Positions 19,330 through 29,798 are shown, counted from the first letter of the stretch. The stretch is DNA of 64,000 nucleotides from Saprospiraceae bacterium (GCA_016717265.1 JADKFX010000001.1:1590387-1654386), one strand, 5' to 3'. Notes: generated from the letters alone by a model not told the origin. Numbers and translations are program-made.

Positions 19330-22300
19330 TTATTGCAATAAAGTTATATCTCCAGAATATGTTTTGATTTCACCCTGATCAGAAATTTCTGTTAAGTAAA
19401 TATACACTCCAGGATTCACTTTATCTTGATTAGAACTCAATCCTCCCCAACCATCTTTTTCAATTCCCGGAACCCCATTTATTTTTTGAAAGACTAAATT
19501 TCCCCATCTATCATAAATGTTTAGGTAATTAATTTTTGCATTCGGGCTTAATCCAATAGGATAAAAAAAGTCATTAATATTATCACCATTTGGGGAAAAC
19601 ACATTCGGAAAATATACTTTCGATTCTTTTTTGACTATTAATTGTATTGTTGCTGATGCAGTACAGCCATTTATGTCGGTTACAATGACTGTGATTAAAT
19701 CATCATGGTCTGCTGTTATTAAGGGTTCCATACAATCATTACAACTAAGTTGGTCAGCAGGACTCCATAAAATAGTTGAAATATCATTTGGATTCGATAA
19801 AATGTTAAGTTTAATTGTAGTATTTGATCCTGAATTTAATTCAATTTGTGGTGCTAAATTTATTTTAACAGACTCATTCTCCAGAATATTAACACTTGAT
19901 GTAAATCGACAACCATTTGAATCTTCTACAATTACGGAATATATCCCAGCTGCTAAGTTTAAGTTATTAAGATTAGGAAAAAAAGTGATTCCGTTATCGA
20001 TGGAGTATTTATAGGGTGCGTTACCACCAAGAATATTTAAAATTTCTATTTTGCCATCGTTTTTATTGCAACTTGAATTAATTCCCTGAACCATTAAATC
20101 CCGAATTCTTGAGGTATCTTCAATCACATCAACAAACGTACTGGTGCTACAACCGCTTCTAGGGTTAGTAATTGTACAAAAATACCGACCAGGTACTTTT
20201 GTTGAAAATTGTGGAAGCGTATAATTAAATCCATTTGGCCCTGTCCATTTCATAGTAAAACCTTGAAGACTTGAGCTTGCTTTTATGGGAGCAATATTCC
20301 GGGTACAGGTTATGGTATCAGCAGATAAAAATAGATCTGGCTTGCTTGTGTCTGATTTGATATTTAAAGTTTTAATTAAAGTACAAGCCGCGGAATTTGT
20401 AACCGTAATTGTATAATTTCCTCCATTTGTAATTCTAGGATTTTGCAGTGTACTACTAAAGTTACCTGGGCCTGACCAATTAAATACCAAATCCGTTTCT
20501 CCAGTGTTTAATTGTAAAGTTACATTTGTTCTTATACAATTTATGCTATCATCCAAAACATTAAAAATGGGTAATTTTCTTAAATCCTGTATCGTTATAC
20601 TGTCGAGACTAATACATCCAAAACCAGTTGAAAAGATTACAAGATATTTACCGGGTTCATTTATTGTGATTTGTTGAGCATTAGAATTATAACCATTTGG
20701 ACCTAACCATCGTATGCTTTGAGCTGGCAAATTGGCATTAATACTTAGCTGGATAACACTGTCTTTACAGGTAATTTTATCGTTTGATTTAATAAGATTC
20801 AAGATGGCTTGTTCTGAAAATTTTGAAATGTGTATTTGCTTCGTTGATTCACATCCATTTGCATCTATAACTTTTAAAATATAGATTCCGGAATCCTGAA
20901 TTTCTGGTCTAGCCAAAGTTGAAATAAAACCATTTGGTCCGGTCCATTCAAAACGAACGCCCTGAGTTGCGGATCCTCCAAATAAAAATAATTTTTGTTG
21001 AATGCAACTTAAGGTATCATCTTTTGCAAATACATCGGGCAATTGATCTTTTTGAAATACAAAAACAGAATCCATAAATATACATCCATTTAAACCTGTA
21101 AGTTGCAAAATATAAAATCCGCTTTGTGTAATTGTAGGATTAGGTAAATTAGAATTGAAATTATTAGGACCTTGCCATTGAATCATAGCACCTGGGCTAA
21201 TATTTAATGCCCGAATGCTGGCAGTACTTTTACATTGGATGGTATCCGCTTCTAAAGATGCATTTGGCAGATTTGTATCTTCAATAATTTCAAGAATTTG
21301 TGAATTTAGACATCCATTGATACCTTGCACTGTCACCGTGTATATACCCCCTTTTGTAATAGGTGGTGCTTTGAATATACTATTAAAATTATTTGGACCA
21401 ATCCAATTGAATCCAACGGTGTTAGAATCCACAAGGATGAAAGGAACTATTTGAGATTGCTTGCAATTTATGGTATCTGCAGATAATTGAAGAAATGGGA
21501 CTGCTTTATCTTCATCAATTTGTAATTGAATATCAGATGTACAACCATTTACTCCAGTGACCACTAAATTGTAGTTTCCTTTAAGCCTAATGATAGGCGA
21601 TGCAACATTGCTATTAAAATTATTCGGTCCTGTCCATATATAGCTTCGAACAATTCCGGCAGTTATATTTAAATGTACACTGTCTTTAATACAGTTCAGG
21701 GTATCATTCATACCGGTAATAGATGGTTTATCAATATCTTTTGAAATAGTAATACTTTTTGTAAGGATACATCCATTAACGCCTGTAACTTGAAGCAGAT
21801 AAATTCCGGAATCAACGGCTTGTATTTGATTTTGATTTTTTACTATACCTGTTGGAGTTTGCCATTCAAATTGCGCCCCCGGTGTATTGGTGCCACCCGT
21901 AATAGTGATCATTTTTTTATCGCAGGTAATAGTATCTTCATTCGATATAAATAAATCTGGTAGATCTGCAGATTTTTCTATAAAAATGGAGTCACTTCCT
22001 ATACAACCATCCTTCGTTTTTACATCCACAAAATACCAACCTGATTCTGTTACAATAGGCTCTAAAATATTGGATATAAAACCATTCGGTCCTTTCCAAT
22101 TAATAGTTGCTGTAGTATCTGTAATTAATTTTATAGCAAGCGATTTCTTTGAGCATGTTAGCGTATCACCAAATATTTTTAAAGCAATGTTATTTTGTAA
22201 ATCTTTTACATAGAAGGAGTCTAATTCACTACATCCAAAACTATCAATTGTTGTAAGATAATACCAACCGGTATCTTTAGTAACCATTTTAATACTGGAA

Positions 22301-23757
22301 TCTTTTTTGAAGCCCTTTGGTCCATTCCAAAAATAATTTGGCTTTTTGCCAATAGAACTTGAAATTAGAACCGCTGAATCTTTGGCGCAGGTAATACTAT
22401 CCCCAGTAATTTCAGCCTCAATAAGACTTCGATTGTCTTTAATTTCAACTTTGGATGTACTTTCACATCCATACGAATCAGTTACTTTAACGGTGTATTC
22501 TCCAGGTTCTTTTATATTGTTATTGGTAGCCCGTGGGCTATAAAAACCATTTGGACCATTCCACTCAAATTGAGGGGAATTTGATTTACTACTTGCTTCA
22601 ATACTACCGGTTGCATTTTTACAATCAATATCTGTAGACTTTATTTTTATATCTGGTTTTGTTACGCTTCCATTTACGGTTATAATTAATTCTTTTTCAC
22701 ACCCATATAATCCAGTTATTTTTAATGTATAGATTCCAGGTGTATCTACAACGGGCATTAAGGTTTTTTCGTTTCTAACAATCCGTCCATTTTTTGTAGT
22801 CCAATTATAGCTAATCCCATTGCCTTGAGATGAACCTGAGGCATCAATTGTAATGGGTCTGTTTAAACAATTTATGTCATCCACAGGAGCTGCTTCTGCT
22901 ATTAAATCATAAACTACTACAGTGACCACATCTTTTTCAACGCAGCATTCTTTAATCGTGATATCATCAATAGCGCACATACTTGCAGGTCCTGTACCTC
23001 CGAAATTTTCAAAGCAAAATGTTCCAGTATTTGCAGCACCTGAATTCCACATAAAACTCCCTATAGCTTCAAGACATAAACCACTTGGTGCATCTACACT
23101 CCCAATTAAAGTTCCATTTACTTTTAAACCAATAGTTGGTGGAGAACCAAATATGTAGGGAATCCCGAAAACTTTATATTCGATTTTATAATCTGTATTT
23201 GGTGTTACATTTATAGTTTGACACCATATGTTAGTACCTGAACCCGTTGGAGTAATTACCATTGTAAATGCACCGATATTTGGATTACAACCAAATGCAC
23301 TGGCGATTTGTGGTACACTCATGATCATATATCCTCCAGTAGATGTAATCAGATTATTTACATTTGTGTATTGTGTATATTGAGAGGTGGCAGGTGCTAT
23401 ATTTCCGGTTTCAAAATTACCGTTCATGATCAGGTTGTTTGAAATTCCATGTGCCGTTAAAGTATAGGTAGTGGTCATGCTTGGATTTGCAACCGGATTT
23501 AATATATTTGGATTACTTAATCCGTCTATAGGTTCCCATTCGTATTGATTCGATCCATTTACATTGCCACTAAGATTTTTTCCTTGGCCAGCACAAATGG
23601 TGATGTCCGGTCCAGCATTTACTGTAATGCCACATCCATTTTGCAAAAAGAGATGCTGCGATAATTTAGTTGGACTTATATTTTGTTGAGCTTCGATATC
23701 CCAGGGACTCAGAAATAGATAAGAGAAAAAAATCGTCAATGCAAATTTAAAACTCAT
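19330..23757 (-). CDS. Giant T9SS type-B cargo, adhesin-like: CBM-like N-domain, about 12 Ig-like repeats, SprB-type repeat and gliding-motility C-terminal domain
   Basis: It has a signal peptide from the ATG at 23757 ('MSFKFALTIFFSYLFLS') and an N-domain with 'NLIMNGNFETGN'. About 78-aa repeats each carry 'W.GPNGF.S......G.Y...V....GC'. The SprB-like repeat is 'CNKNDGKIEILNILGGNAPYKYSID...GIYSVIVEDSNGC'. The CTD is 'YFPNVFSPNGDNINDFF...IYDRWGNLVF...NPGVYIY...GDITLLQ'. Confidence 0.85.
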   Translation of the reverse strand: MSFKFALTIFFSYLFLSPWDIEAQQNISPTKLSQHLFLQNGCGITVNAGPDITICAGQGKNLSGNVNGSNQYEWEPIDGLSNPNILNPVANPSMTTTYTLTAHGISNNLIMNGNFETGNIAPATSQYTQYTNVNNLITSTGGYMIMSVPQIASAFGCNPNIGAFTMVITPTGSGTNIWCQTINVTPNTDYKIEYKVFGIPYIFGSPPTIGLKVNGTLIGSVDAPSGLCLEAIGSFMWNSGAANTGTFCFENFGGTGPASMCAIDDITIKECCVEKDVVTVVVYDLIAEAAPVDDINCLNRPITIDASGSSQGNGISYNWTTKNGRIVRNEKTLMPVVDTPGIYTLKITGLYGCEKELIITVNGSVTKPDIKIKSTDIDCKNATGSIEASSKSNSPQFEWNGPNGFYSPRATNNNIKEPGEYTVKVTDSYGCESTSKVEIKDNRSLIEAEITGDSITCAKDSAVLISSSIGKKPNYFWNGPKGFKKDSSIKMVTKDTGWYYLTTIDSFGCSELDSFYVKDLQNNIALKIFGDTLTCSKKSLAIKLITDTTATINWKGPNGFISNILEPIVTESGWYFVDVKTKDGCIGSDSIFIEKSADLPDLFISNEDTITCDKKMITITGGTNTPGAQFEWQTPTGIVKNQNQIQAVDSGIYLLQVTGVNGCILTKSITISKDIDKPSITGMNDTLNCIKDSVHLNITAGIVRSYIWTGPNNFNSNVASPIIRLKGNYNLVVTGVNGCTSDIQLQIDEDKAVPFLQLSADTINCKQSQIVPFILVDSNTVGFNWIGPNNFNSIFKAPPITKGGIYTVTVQGINGCLNSQILEIIEDTNLPNASLEADTIQCKSTASIRALNISPGAMIQWQGPNNFNSNLPNPTITQSGFYILQLTGLNGCIFMDSVFVFQKDQLPDVFAKDDTLSCIQQKLFLFGGSATQGVRFEWTGPNGFISTLARPEIQDSGIYILKVIDANGCESTKQIHISKFSEQAILNLIKSNDKITCKDSVIQLSINANLPAQSIRWLGPNGYNSNAQQITINEPGKYLVIFSTGFGCISLDSITIQDLRKLPIFNVLDDSINCIRTNVTLQLNTGETDLVFNWSGPGNFSSTLQNPRITNGGNYTITVTNSAACTLIKTLNIKSDTSKPDLFLSADTITCTRNIAPIKASSSLQGFTMKWTGPNGFNYTLPQFSTKVPGRYFCTITNPRSGCSTSTFVDVIEDTSRIRDLMVQGINSSCNKNDGKIEILNILGGNAPYKYSIDNGITFFPNLNNLNLAAGIYSVIVEDSNGCRFTSSVNILENESVKINLAPQIELNSGSNTTIKLNILSNPNDISTILWSPADQLSCNDCMEPLITADHDDLITVIVTDINGCTASATIQLIVKKESKVYFPNVFSPNGDNINDFFYPIGLSPNAKINYLNIYDRWGNLVFQKINGVPGIEKDGWGGLSSNQDKVNPGVYIYLTEISDQGEIKTYSGDITLLQ

Positions 23758-26700
23758 CTTATTAAAGTTATATCGCCTTTTATAATCCATTTTTGTCCAT
23801 TTATTAATTCAACTTCAGCCCAATAAATATAAACTCCAGGGTTACATTTTTGGTCCTTAAAAGTTCCATTCCAAGCTTTTGATTGATCATTCGGTTGGAA
23901 ATTCCTGGTTTCAAATACACGATTTCCCCAACGATCAAATATTTGAAAATTATGGATGCGCGTAACATCCTCTTTGGAACCATGTATCCAAAGAATATCA
24001 TTGATATTGTCGCCATTCGGACTAAAAACATTTGGTACCCAAACTTTTGGTGTTTCTACAACTATTCGAATTCTTTTAGTGGATATACAACCGTTCGTAT
24101 CAATAACAGTCACATTATAGATTGCTGTTTCTGGAGGATTTGCAAATGGATCTTCACACTGATTACAACTAAGATTTAATATAGGATTCCATTGAATTGA
24201 TTTTATAAGATTTCGATTTGGTAATATTGTTAAATCTAAGCGGATAGAGTCTCCTAAACCAATTGCAATTTCTGGTGCTAAATCGGTGTCAATAAATGGC
24301 AGGTCAACGATTTCAAAATCCTTTTGAAATTCGCATTTATTTTCATCTATAACATATAAAGTATATAATCCAGATAATAGTGGATTAAAATTTGGATTCT
24401 TTGTATAATTTCTTTTTTGGTCAATTGAAAATTGAATATTTTGATGTCCACCAATAATTTCTAATACAGATGCGGAACCCGTTTTGGCTCCACATTTTGG
24501 ATGTATTGTTTCTATTAAAACATCTTTAATAATTAAACTATCTTCCGATACAATTTGATTCTTTCTTGAAATACATCCATTTGAAGGATTTAGAATTTCA
24601 ATAAAATATGCTCCCCCTTTTTTTGTTTTTAATAAAGCGTTTGTTGATAGTATTTGATTTTGATTATTTGTCCATCTAAAAATTCCGTTAGTGATATTTG
24701 TTGTGGCCAATAAGGTAGCCTCTGAATGAATACAGTCAATACTATCTGAAGCTGTTAATATAGATGGCTTTAATGTATCTATAAAGACAATGGATTGCTT
24801 TTGATTAATACAACCATTTGAAGCAATAATAGAAATTGTATAAGTTCCCGGAATCAATGTAAGTAAATTTGACTGGGTCGAAGTAATAGTTCCTGGACCT
24901 TTCCATTGATATTGGACTCCAGGTGTATTTGATTTTGCAGAGAGATTAACGGATGGAAAATTGCAATTTATAGTATCGTTATTTGATGTAAGATCAGGAG
25001 TCAAGGTATCTACTGGCACAAAAAATGAAATTGAATTTGCACAAAAATTCGAATTAATAACATCAAATGTAAACGTTCCTCCTGCTTTTGTTAGAATGCT
25101 GTTTGATTTGTATTTTTGTTGATTATTTAAAGTCCATTCGCCGATAAGGTTTGCTGGAACTATGGTCGCCTTAAGTTCTACTTCTCTATCAAAACAGTTA
25201 ATACTATCGAAGGTATATTGCACTAATGGTTTTATGGTATCTTGTAAAATATCAACAACAAAGACATCAGAACAAGTATTCGGTGAGACCACGATTATAT
25301 TATATTTTCCACCTTGTGTAATCGTTGGGAATTTTTGATTTGATGAAAAATTTGAGGGACCTGTCCATTTGTATGAAACCAGTGAATCAGAAGTTGTAAA
25401 ATTCAAATTTGTTTGAGTTTTCAAACAGTTTAATGTATCTATGATTAAATTAAGTACAGGTTTCAAGGTATCTTCTAACACTTCGACATTCAGAATGCTG
25501 TAGCAATTTTCAAAAGTACTTATTCTAATAGTATAAATCCCAGCTGTATTGACAGAAATATTTTGGTTATTAGATTGAAAACCTGCGGGTCCAGTCCAAT
25601 CAAATAATAGGCTATCTCTGGAAGAAATTGCAAATAAATTTGCTGTCCGCTTTGTACAATTTAAGGTATCATTATTTGAAATCAAATCGGGCTTTCCAAT
25701 ATCTTGAAAAATAGTAACTGTTAAAGAATCACTGCAACCATTTGGGTTTGTAACTACAAGATTATAGTTTCCAGGATTTGATGTATAGGGATTTAATAGT
25801 ATTGAATTAAATCCATTGGGACCCTTCCATTGAATAGCGGCATTTGCATTGTCATTTGTTGCCTTTAATTGAATGCTATCTTTTTTACACGTTAAGGTGT
25901 CGTTTGTAGTGCTTAAAATTGGCAACATGACATCTAAATAAATATTCAGGATTTGAGTTGTTGAACAGCCATTAGGAAGCGAAGCAGTTACTGTATAATT
26001 ACCATCTTTTGAAACGAATGGATTTTTTTGACTGCTTGAAAAATTATTAGGCCCACTCCAACTATAAATGGATGTTAAGCTGTCTGAAAGTTTTAAAACG
26101 GTAGATTTTTTTATGCAATTTAAAGTGTCATCTAAGAGTTTAATGTCGGGTTTCAAGGTATCAACAAAGAGCTCAATCTGAACAGTATCTGAGCAACCAT
26201 TTTTTGCTAATCCGATTACCTGGTATTTGCCGGCTTGATTTGAATAAACGGAGTCTTTAAGTTCCACAAAACCATTTGGTCCATACCAACGAATATTAAC
26301 CGTTGGATCGAGGTTTGATGAATTTAATGGAATGGAAGTTTTTAAACAGCTTATGGTATCATTGGAAGCTGTTAAATTTGGGTGAATAGTATCTGCAAGA
26401 ACTGGAATATTTAATAGCGTTATACATCCATTGTCTGCTTCTACTTTCAATTCATAAACACCCGCTGAGCCGGTTTTAATAGATAAGGTATCTAATGAAT
26501 AAAACCAACTAGAACTTTGCCATTGTGCATTTACTATTTTTCTGTTAGTTGTTACTATGATAGTTGACGAATCCTGTAGACAGGTAATTGTATCTAGCTG
26601 ATAATTTACAATTGGAAGGTTTTGATCTTTTTTTAAAAGTACCGTATCATATTTAATGCAACCTGAAGGAGAAGTTACTTTTAAAATATAAATTCCTGTA

Positions 26701-28151
26701 TCCACCACATTCCATTCCGACTTTGAAAAATTAGTATTGTTAGGGCCTGACCATTCAAATTTTGAACCAGCAACGGATGAAGAACCAATTAATCTAGCGG
26801 TATCAACTTTACAGTTTATGGGATTTGACTGGATACTAATTTTGGGATTATCTATAATTTCGAAGACATTGACAGAATCAATTGTTTTACAATTATATTC
26901 ATCTGTAATAGTTAGAATATATTTACCTGCTTCAAGCACAACAACAAGTGGATCATTCGAATTAAAACCATTCGGCCCACTCCATTGATACGTTAATGGG
27001 GAAACTAAACTTCTTGATAAAATGGTAGCACTTAAATTATTGCAACCTAAAGTATCTTTTGAAATCAGCAATAGATCCGGGGGTATGATATTCCCTTGCA
27101 CTTCAATGCTTTTTGTTAAACAACAGTTCGGCAACGGTGAACAGACTGTAAGATAATAAGTACCTGGACCTTTTATTGTTGGTTCCAAACTATTTGCCCC
27201 TGAAATAATTTTTCCATTTGAAGTGGTCCATTGATAAGTCCAACCGGTACCTTTTGATGAAGCTTTGGCATTTAATTTTATCATTGGATTATCGCAAGTA
27301 ATTAATTCAGGTTCTTCAATTTCAACAATAATTTCTTCAACCTCAATTTTCATAGTATCTTTTACTTCACATATTTTTTTGAAGCCTAAATCATCAATTG
27401 CAAAATCATTTCCACCAGTTTGAGTATTTTCATTTAGAATACAAATTTGTGCCACCGTATTTCCCCCAGAATTCCATGTCACTTCATATTTTTCCCATAA
27501 ACAAGTGGAGCCACTTGAGTTAAAATTTGGTCCAATTGGATTACCATTTATTGAAAATTGTAAAACAGCTGGAGAAGCGGATACAACAGAAGTGACCCAA
27601 GCTGTGAAAACATAATCCATATCTGGTATTACAGTTACATCTTGGCACCAAACATTTTGAAAAGCGGCTGAACCATTTAACACCATCATAAGTCCTCCAC
27701 CTGAAGTATGGTCGCCGCAGGGTGCAAATCCTGCATGTCCAAATTGAGGATTCGTGATGACACCGTACGTTCCTTCGCAATCTAAATATCCTAATCCATA
27801 ACATGAATTAGTTCCTAACACATAATCGGTAGTAAAACCAGTATTTCCGGCTTCAAAATTTCCATTTACAATTAAATTTTGAGAGCTTAATCCTCGGGCT
27901 GTTAAAATGTATTCTTGTGGGCCAAAAACAGTTGCTTTAGTTATGGGAGATTTAGGATTACTTAAACCTGTCGCGGGATCCCAAAAAATTTCTGTTACAG
28001 CACCTGTAACTTTTCCATTGATTGTAATTATATCACCGATATTACAAACTTTTAGATCCGGTCCGGCATTTACAGAAATATTGCATTGCCCGTTTAGGAC
28101 TTCTCCAATAAAGCAAAGAATAAGTACTATTTGAAAGAATGCTTTAATCAT
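23754..28151 (-). CDS. Giant T9SS type-B cargo, paralog of 19330-23757
   Basis: It has the same architecture: signal 'MIKAFFQIVLILCFIGEVLNGQ', 'NLIVNGNFEAGN', about 12 'W.GPN.F' repeats, an SprB-like 'CGAKTGSASVLEIIGGH...GLYTLYVIDENKC', and the CTD 'VWVPNVFSPNGDNINDIL...IFDRWGNRVF...NPGVYIYW...GDITLIR'. Confidence 0.85.
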   Translation of the reverse strand: MIKAFFQIVLILCFIGEVLNGQCNISVNAGPDLKVCNIGDIITINGKVTGAVTEIFWDPATGLSNPKSPITKATVFGPQEYILTARGLSSQNLIVNGNFEAGNTGFTTDYVLGTNSCYGLGYLDCEGTYGVITNPQFGHAGFAPCGDHTSGGGLMMVLNGSAAFQNVWCQDVTVIPDMDYVFTAWVTSVVSASPAVLQFSINGNPIGPNFNSSGSTCLWEKYEVTWNSGGNTVAQICILNENTQTGGNDFAIDDLGFKKICEVKDTMKIEVEEIIVEIEEPELITCDNPMIKLNAKASSKGTGWTYQWTTSNGKIISGANSLEPTIKGPGTYYLTVCSPLPNCCLTKSIEVQGNIIPPDLLLISKDTLGCNNLSATILSRSLVSPLTYQWSGPNGFNSNDPLVVVLEAGKYILTITDEYNCKTIDSVNVFEIIDNPKISIQSNPINCKVDTARLIGSSSVAGSKFEWSGPNNTNFSKSEWNVVDTGIYILKVTSPSGCIKYDTVLLKKDQNLPIVNYQLDTITCLQDSSTIIVTTNRKIVNAQWQSSSWFYSLDTLSIKTGSAGVYELKVEADNGCITLLNIPVLADTIHPNLTASNDTISCLKTSIPLNSSNLDPTVNIRWYGPNGFVELKDSVYSNQAGKYQVIGLAKNGCSDTVQIELFVDTLKPDIKLLDDTLNCIKKSTVLKLSDSLTSIYSWSGPNNFSSSQKNPFVSKDGNYTVTASLPNGCSTTQILNIYLDVMLPILSTTNDTLTCKKDSIQLKATNDNANAAIQWKGPNGFNSILLNPYTSNPGNYNLVVTNPNGCSDSLTVTIFQDIGKPDLISNNDTLNCTKRTANLFAISSRDSLLFDWTGPAGFQSNNQNISVNTAGIYTIRISTFENCYSILNVEVLEDTLKPVLNLIIDTLNCLKTQTNLNFTTSDSLVSYKWTGPSNFSSNQKFPTITQGGKYNIIVVSPNTCSDVFVVDILQDTIKPLVQYTFDSINCFDREVELKATIVPANLIGEWTLNNQQKYKSNSILTKAGGTFTFDVINSNFCANSISFFVPVDTLTPDLTSNNDTINCNFPSVNLSAKSNTPGVQYQWKGPGTITSTQSNLLTLIPGTYTISIIASNGCINQKQSIVFIDTLKPSILTASDSIDCIHSEATLLATTNITNGIFRWTNNQNQILSTNALLKTKKGGAYFIEILNPSNGCISRKNQIVSEDSLIIKDVLIETIHPKCGAKTGSASVLEIIGGHQNIQFSIDQKRNYTKNPNFNPLLSGLYTLYVIDENKCEFQKDFEIVDLPFIDTDLAPEIAIGLGDSIRLDLTILPNRNLIKSIQWNPILNLSCNQCEDPFANPPETAIYNVTVIDTNGCISTKRIRIVVETPKVWVPNVFSPNGDNINDILWIHGSKEDVTRIHNFQIFDRWGNRVFETRNFQPNDQSKAWNGTFKDQKCNPGVYIYWAEVELINGQKWIIKGDITLIR

Positions 28152-28167
28152 AAAGTATCTTAAGGAC

Positions 28168-28175
28168 CAAATTTA
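28168..28175 (-). promoter_or_regulatory. Candidate Bacteroidota -7 promoter box (TAAATTTG) for the giant-adhesin operon
   Basis: The minus-strand sequence TAAATTTG matches TAnnTTTG and ends 16 nt upstream of the ATG at 28151. This is a motif match only. Confidence 0.3.
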
Positions 28176-28374
28176 CTAATTTTGAAGATGAAATTCAAAT
28201 ATTTTCGGAAGCATATGGTTTAAAATGATATATATATATTATTTAATTACATATGATAAGAATGAATCAATATTCTAAGTAATATTTCTAAAACTAGAAT
28301 CTTGTTAAATAAAAAAGTAACAATTTCGTAGGAGGTTTTTAGAATCTTGCCTAATTTGCAAAAAAACAAGTAAA

Positions 28375-29670
28375 ATGCAACGTAGATCAGCGCTTCAATT
28401 AGTTGGTGCTTTGTCAGCAGCAATTGTGACAAAACCTTCTGATATGTTGAAGGTTTTGGAAACTAAATATCAAGAATCATTATCTACTTTGACATCTTTG
28501 TCGAAAGTAAATGAAACGGTAGTTGTTGATGAAACATTTTGGACTCAAATCAGACAAGCATATTCAGTTTCTCAAACTTTAATAAATTTAAATAATGGAG
28601 GGGTGTCTCCACAACCAAAGCTTGTGCAAGAGGCTGTTGAATATTTTAATAGACTCAGTAACGAGGCTCCATCATTTTATATGTGGAGAATTTTAGATCA
28701 GGGCAGGGAACCACTTCGGGAAAGATTAGCAAATATAGCAGGATGTAGTGCAAGTGAAATTGCAATCAATCGAAATAGTTCTGAAGCATTAGAAACTGTG
28801 ATTTTTGGTCTTCGGTTGAAAGCCGGAGATGAAGTGGTGCTAACGAAGCAAGATTATCCAAATATGATAAATGCCTGGAAGCAAAGGGAACATCGAGATG
28901 GTATAAAATTAAAGTGGGTTAATTTTGATTTTCCAATAAATAATGAGCAAAAAATTGTGGATGGTTTTGTTAGTGCATTTGGACCAAAAACTAAAATTGT
29001 TCAAATTACACATATGATTAATTGGAATGGCCAATTATTGCCGGCAAAAAAAATTGCGGATGCTGCACATGAGCGAGGGATTGAAGTGATGATTGATGGA
29101 GCACATACCTTTGGGCATATTCCATTTTCTATTCCAGATTTAGGTGCAGATTATTTTGGAAGTTCTCTCCATAAATGGTTAAGTGCCCCATTTGGTAGCG
29201 GTTTGTTATATGTTAAGAAAGATAAAATTAAAAACTTGTATCCACTTTTAGCAGCGGCTAATCCAGAGTCAGAAGAGATTACTAAGTTTGAAAATTTAGG
29301 TACGCGTTCTTTTGCTATTGAACAAGCAATTTCACATGCTATTGATTTTTATGAAATGATAGGTGCTGAACGCAAATTCCAACGTTTATTTGAATTGCAG
29401 CAATATTGGACAAAAAAAGTTGAACAACATTCAAAAATAAAAATAAACCATCCACAGGATATTAGCAATAGTGGTGCTATCGGTAATGTTGCAATAGTTG
29501 ATAAAAAACCTGAAGACCTTTCTAATTTCTTATATGATAATTATAAAATTCATACGGTTGCTATCAATTGGGAGAACATAAATGGAGTGAGAATTACGCC
29601 GAATATATATACAACAAAAAAGGAATTAGATAAATTAGTCAAAGGAATCCTTGCATTTGCAAATTCCTAA
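28375..29670 (+). CDS. Aminotransferase class V-fold PLP-dependent enzyme (isopenicillin-N-epimerase/cysteine-desulfurase-like) with Tat-type signal
   Basis: The N-terminus 'MQRRSALQLVGALSAAIV' is twin-arginine-like. The fold-type I motifs 'IDGAHTFGHIP' and 'FGSSLHKWLSAPFGSG' (PLP-Lys in 'SLHK') are present. Confidence 0.8.
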   Translation: MQRRSALQLVGALSAAIVTKPSDMLKVLETKYQESLSTLTSLSKVNETVVVDETFWTQIRQAYSVSQTLINLNNGGVSPQPKLVQEAVEYFNRLSNEAPSFYMWRILDQGREPLRERLANIAGCSASEIAINRNSSEALETVIFGLRLKAGDEVVLTKQDYPNMINAWKQREHRDGIKLKWVNFDFPINNEQKIVDGFVSAFGPKTKIVQITHMINWNGQLLPAKKIADAAHERGIEVMIDGAHTFGHIPFSIPDLGADYFGSSLHKWLSAPFGSGLLYVKKDKIKNLYPLLAAANPESEEITKFENLGTRSFAIEQAISHAIDFYEMIGAERKFQRLFELQQYWTKKVEQHSKIKINHPQDISNSGAIGNVAIVDKKPEDLSNFLYDNYKIHTVAINWENINGVRITPNIYTTKKELDKLVKGILAFANS

Positions 29671-29798
29671 TATGCTTAAAAAGGATGAATACAATTCGGC
29701 AAGTTTTATAAAATTTTTAGAATGAGATTCTCCTATTTGAAGTTTATTAGTTTTCACACTATAAACTTATAGAATATTTAAATAGGTCTTAATATAAG

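Noticed and set aside
19631-23158. Plus-strand ORFs of 65-127 aa inside the first giant adhesin gene (19631-20014, 21215-21454, 21887-22213, 22346-22543, 22922-23158)
   Set aside because: They lie entirely antisense to a long ORF that has clear domain repeats and a T9SS CTD. Their translations are low-complexity with no motifs. They are typical shadow ORFs of a repeat-rich gene.
23804-28134. Short ORFs overlapping the second giant adhesin gene (23804-24031, 23883-24179, 26737-26988, 27541-27804, 27907-28134)
   Set aside because: They are alternative-frame or antisense ORFs within a well-supported 1465-aa coding region, with no recognisable motifs or signals.
28247-28432. A 61-aa minus-strand ORF in the divergent promoter region between the adhesin operon and the PLP enzyme gene
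   Set aside because: It overlaps the start of the PLP-enzyme gene. It is AT-rich and low-complexity with no motif, so this is more plausibly regulatory DNA.
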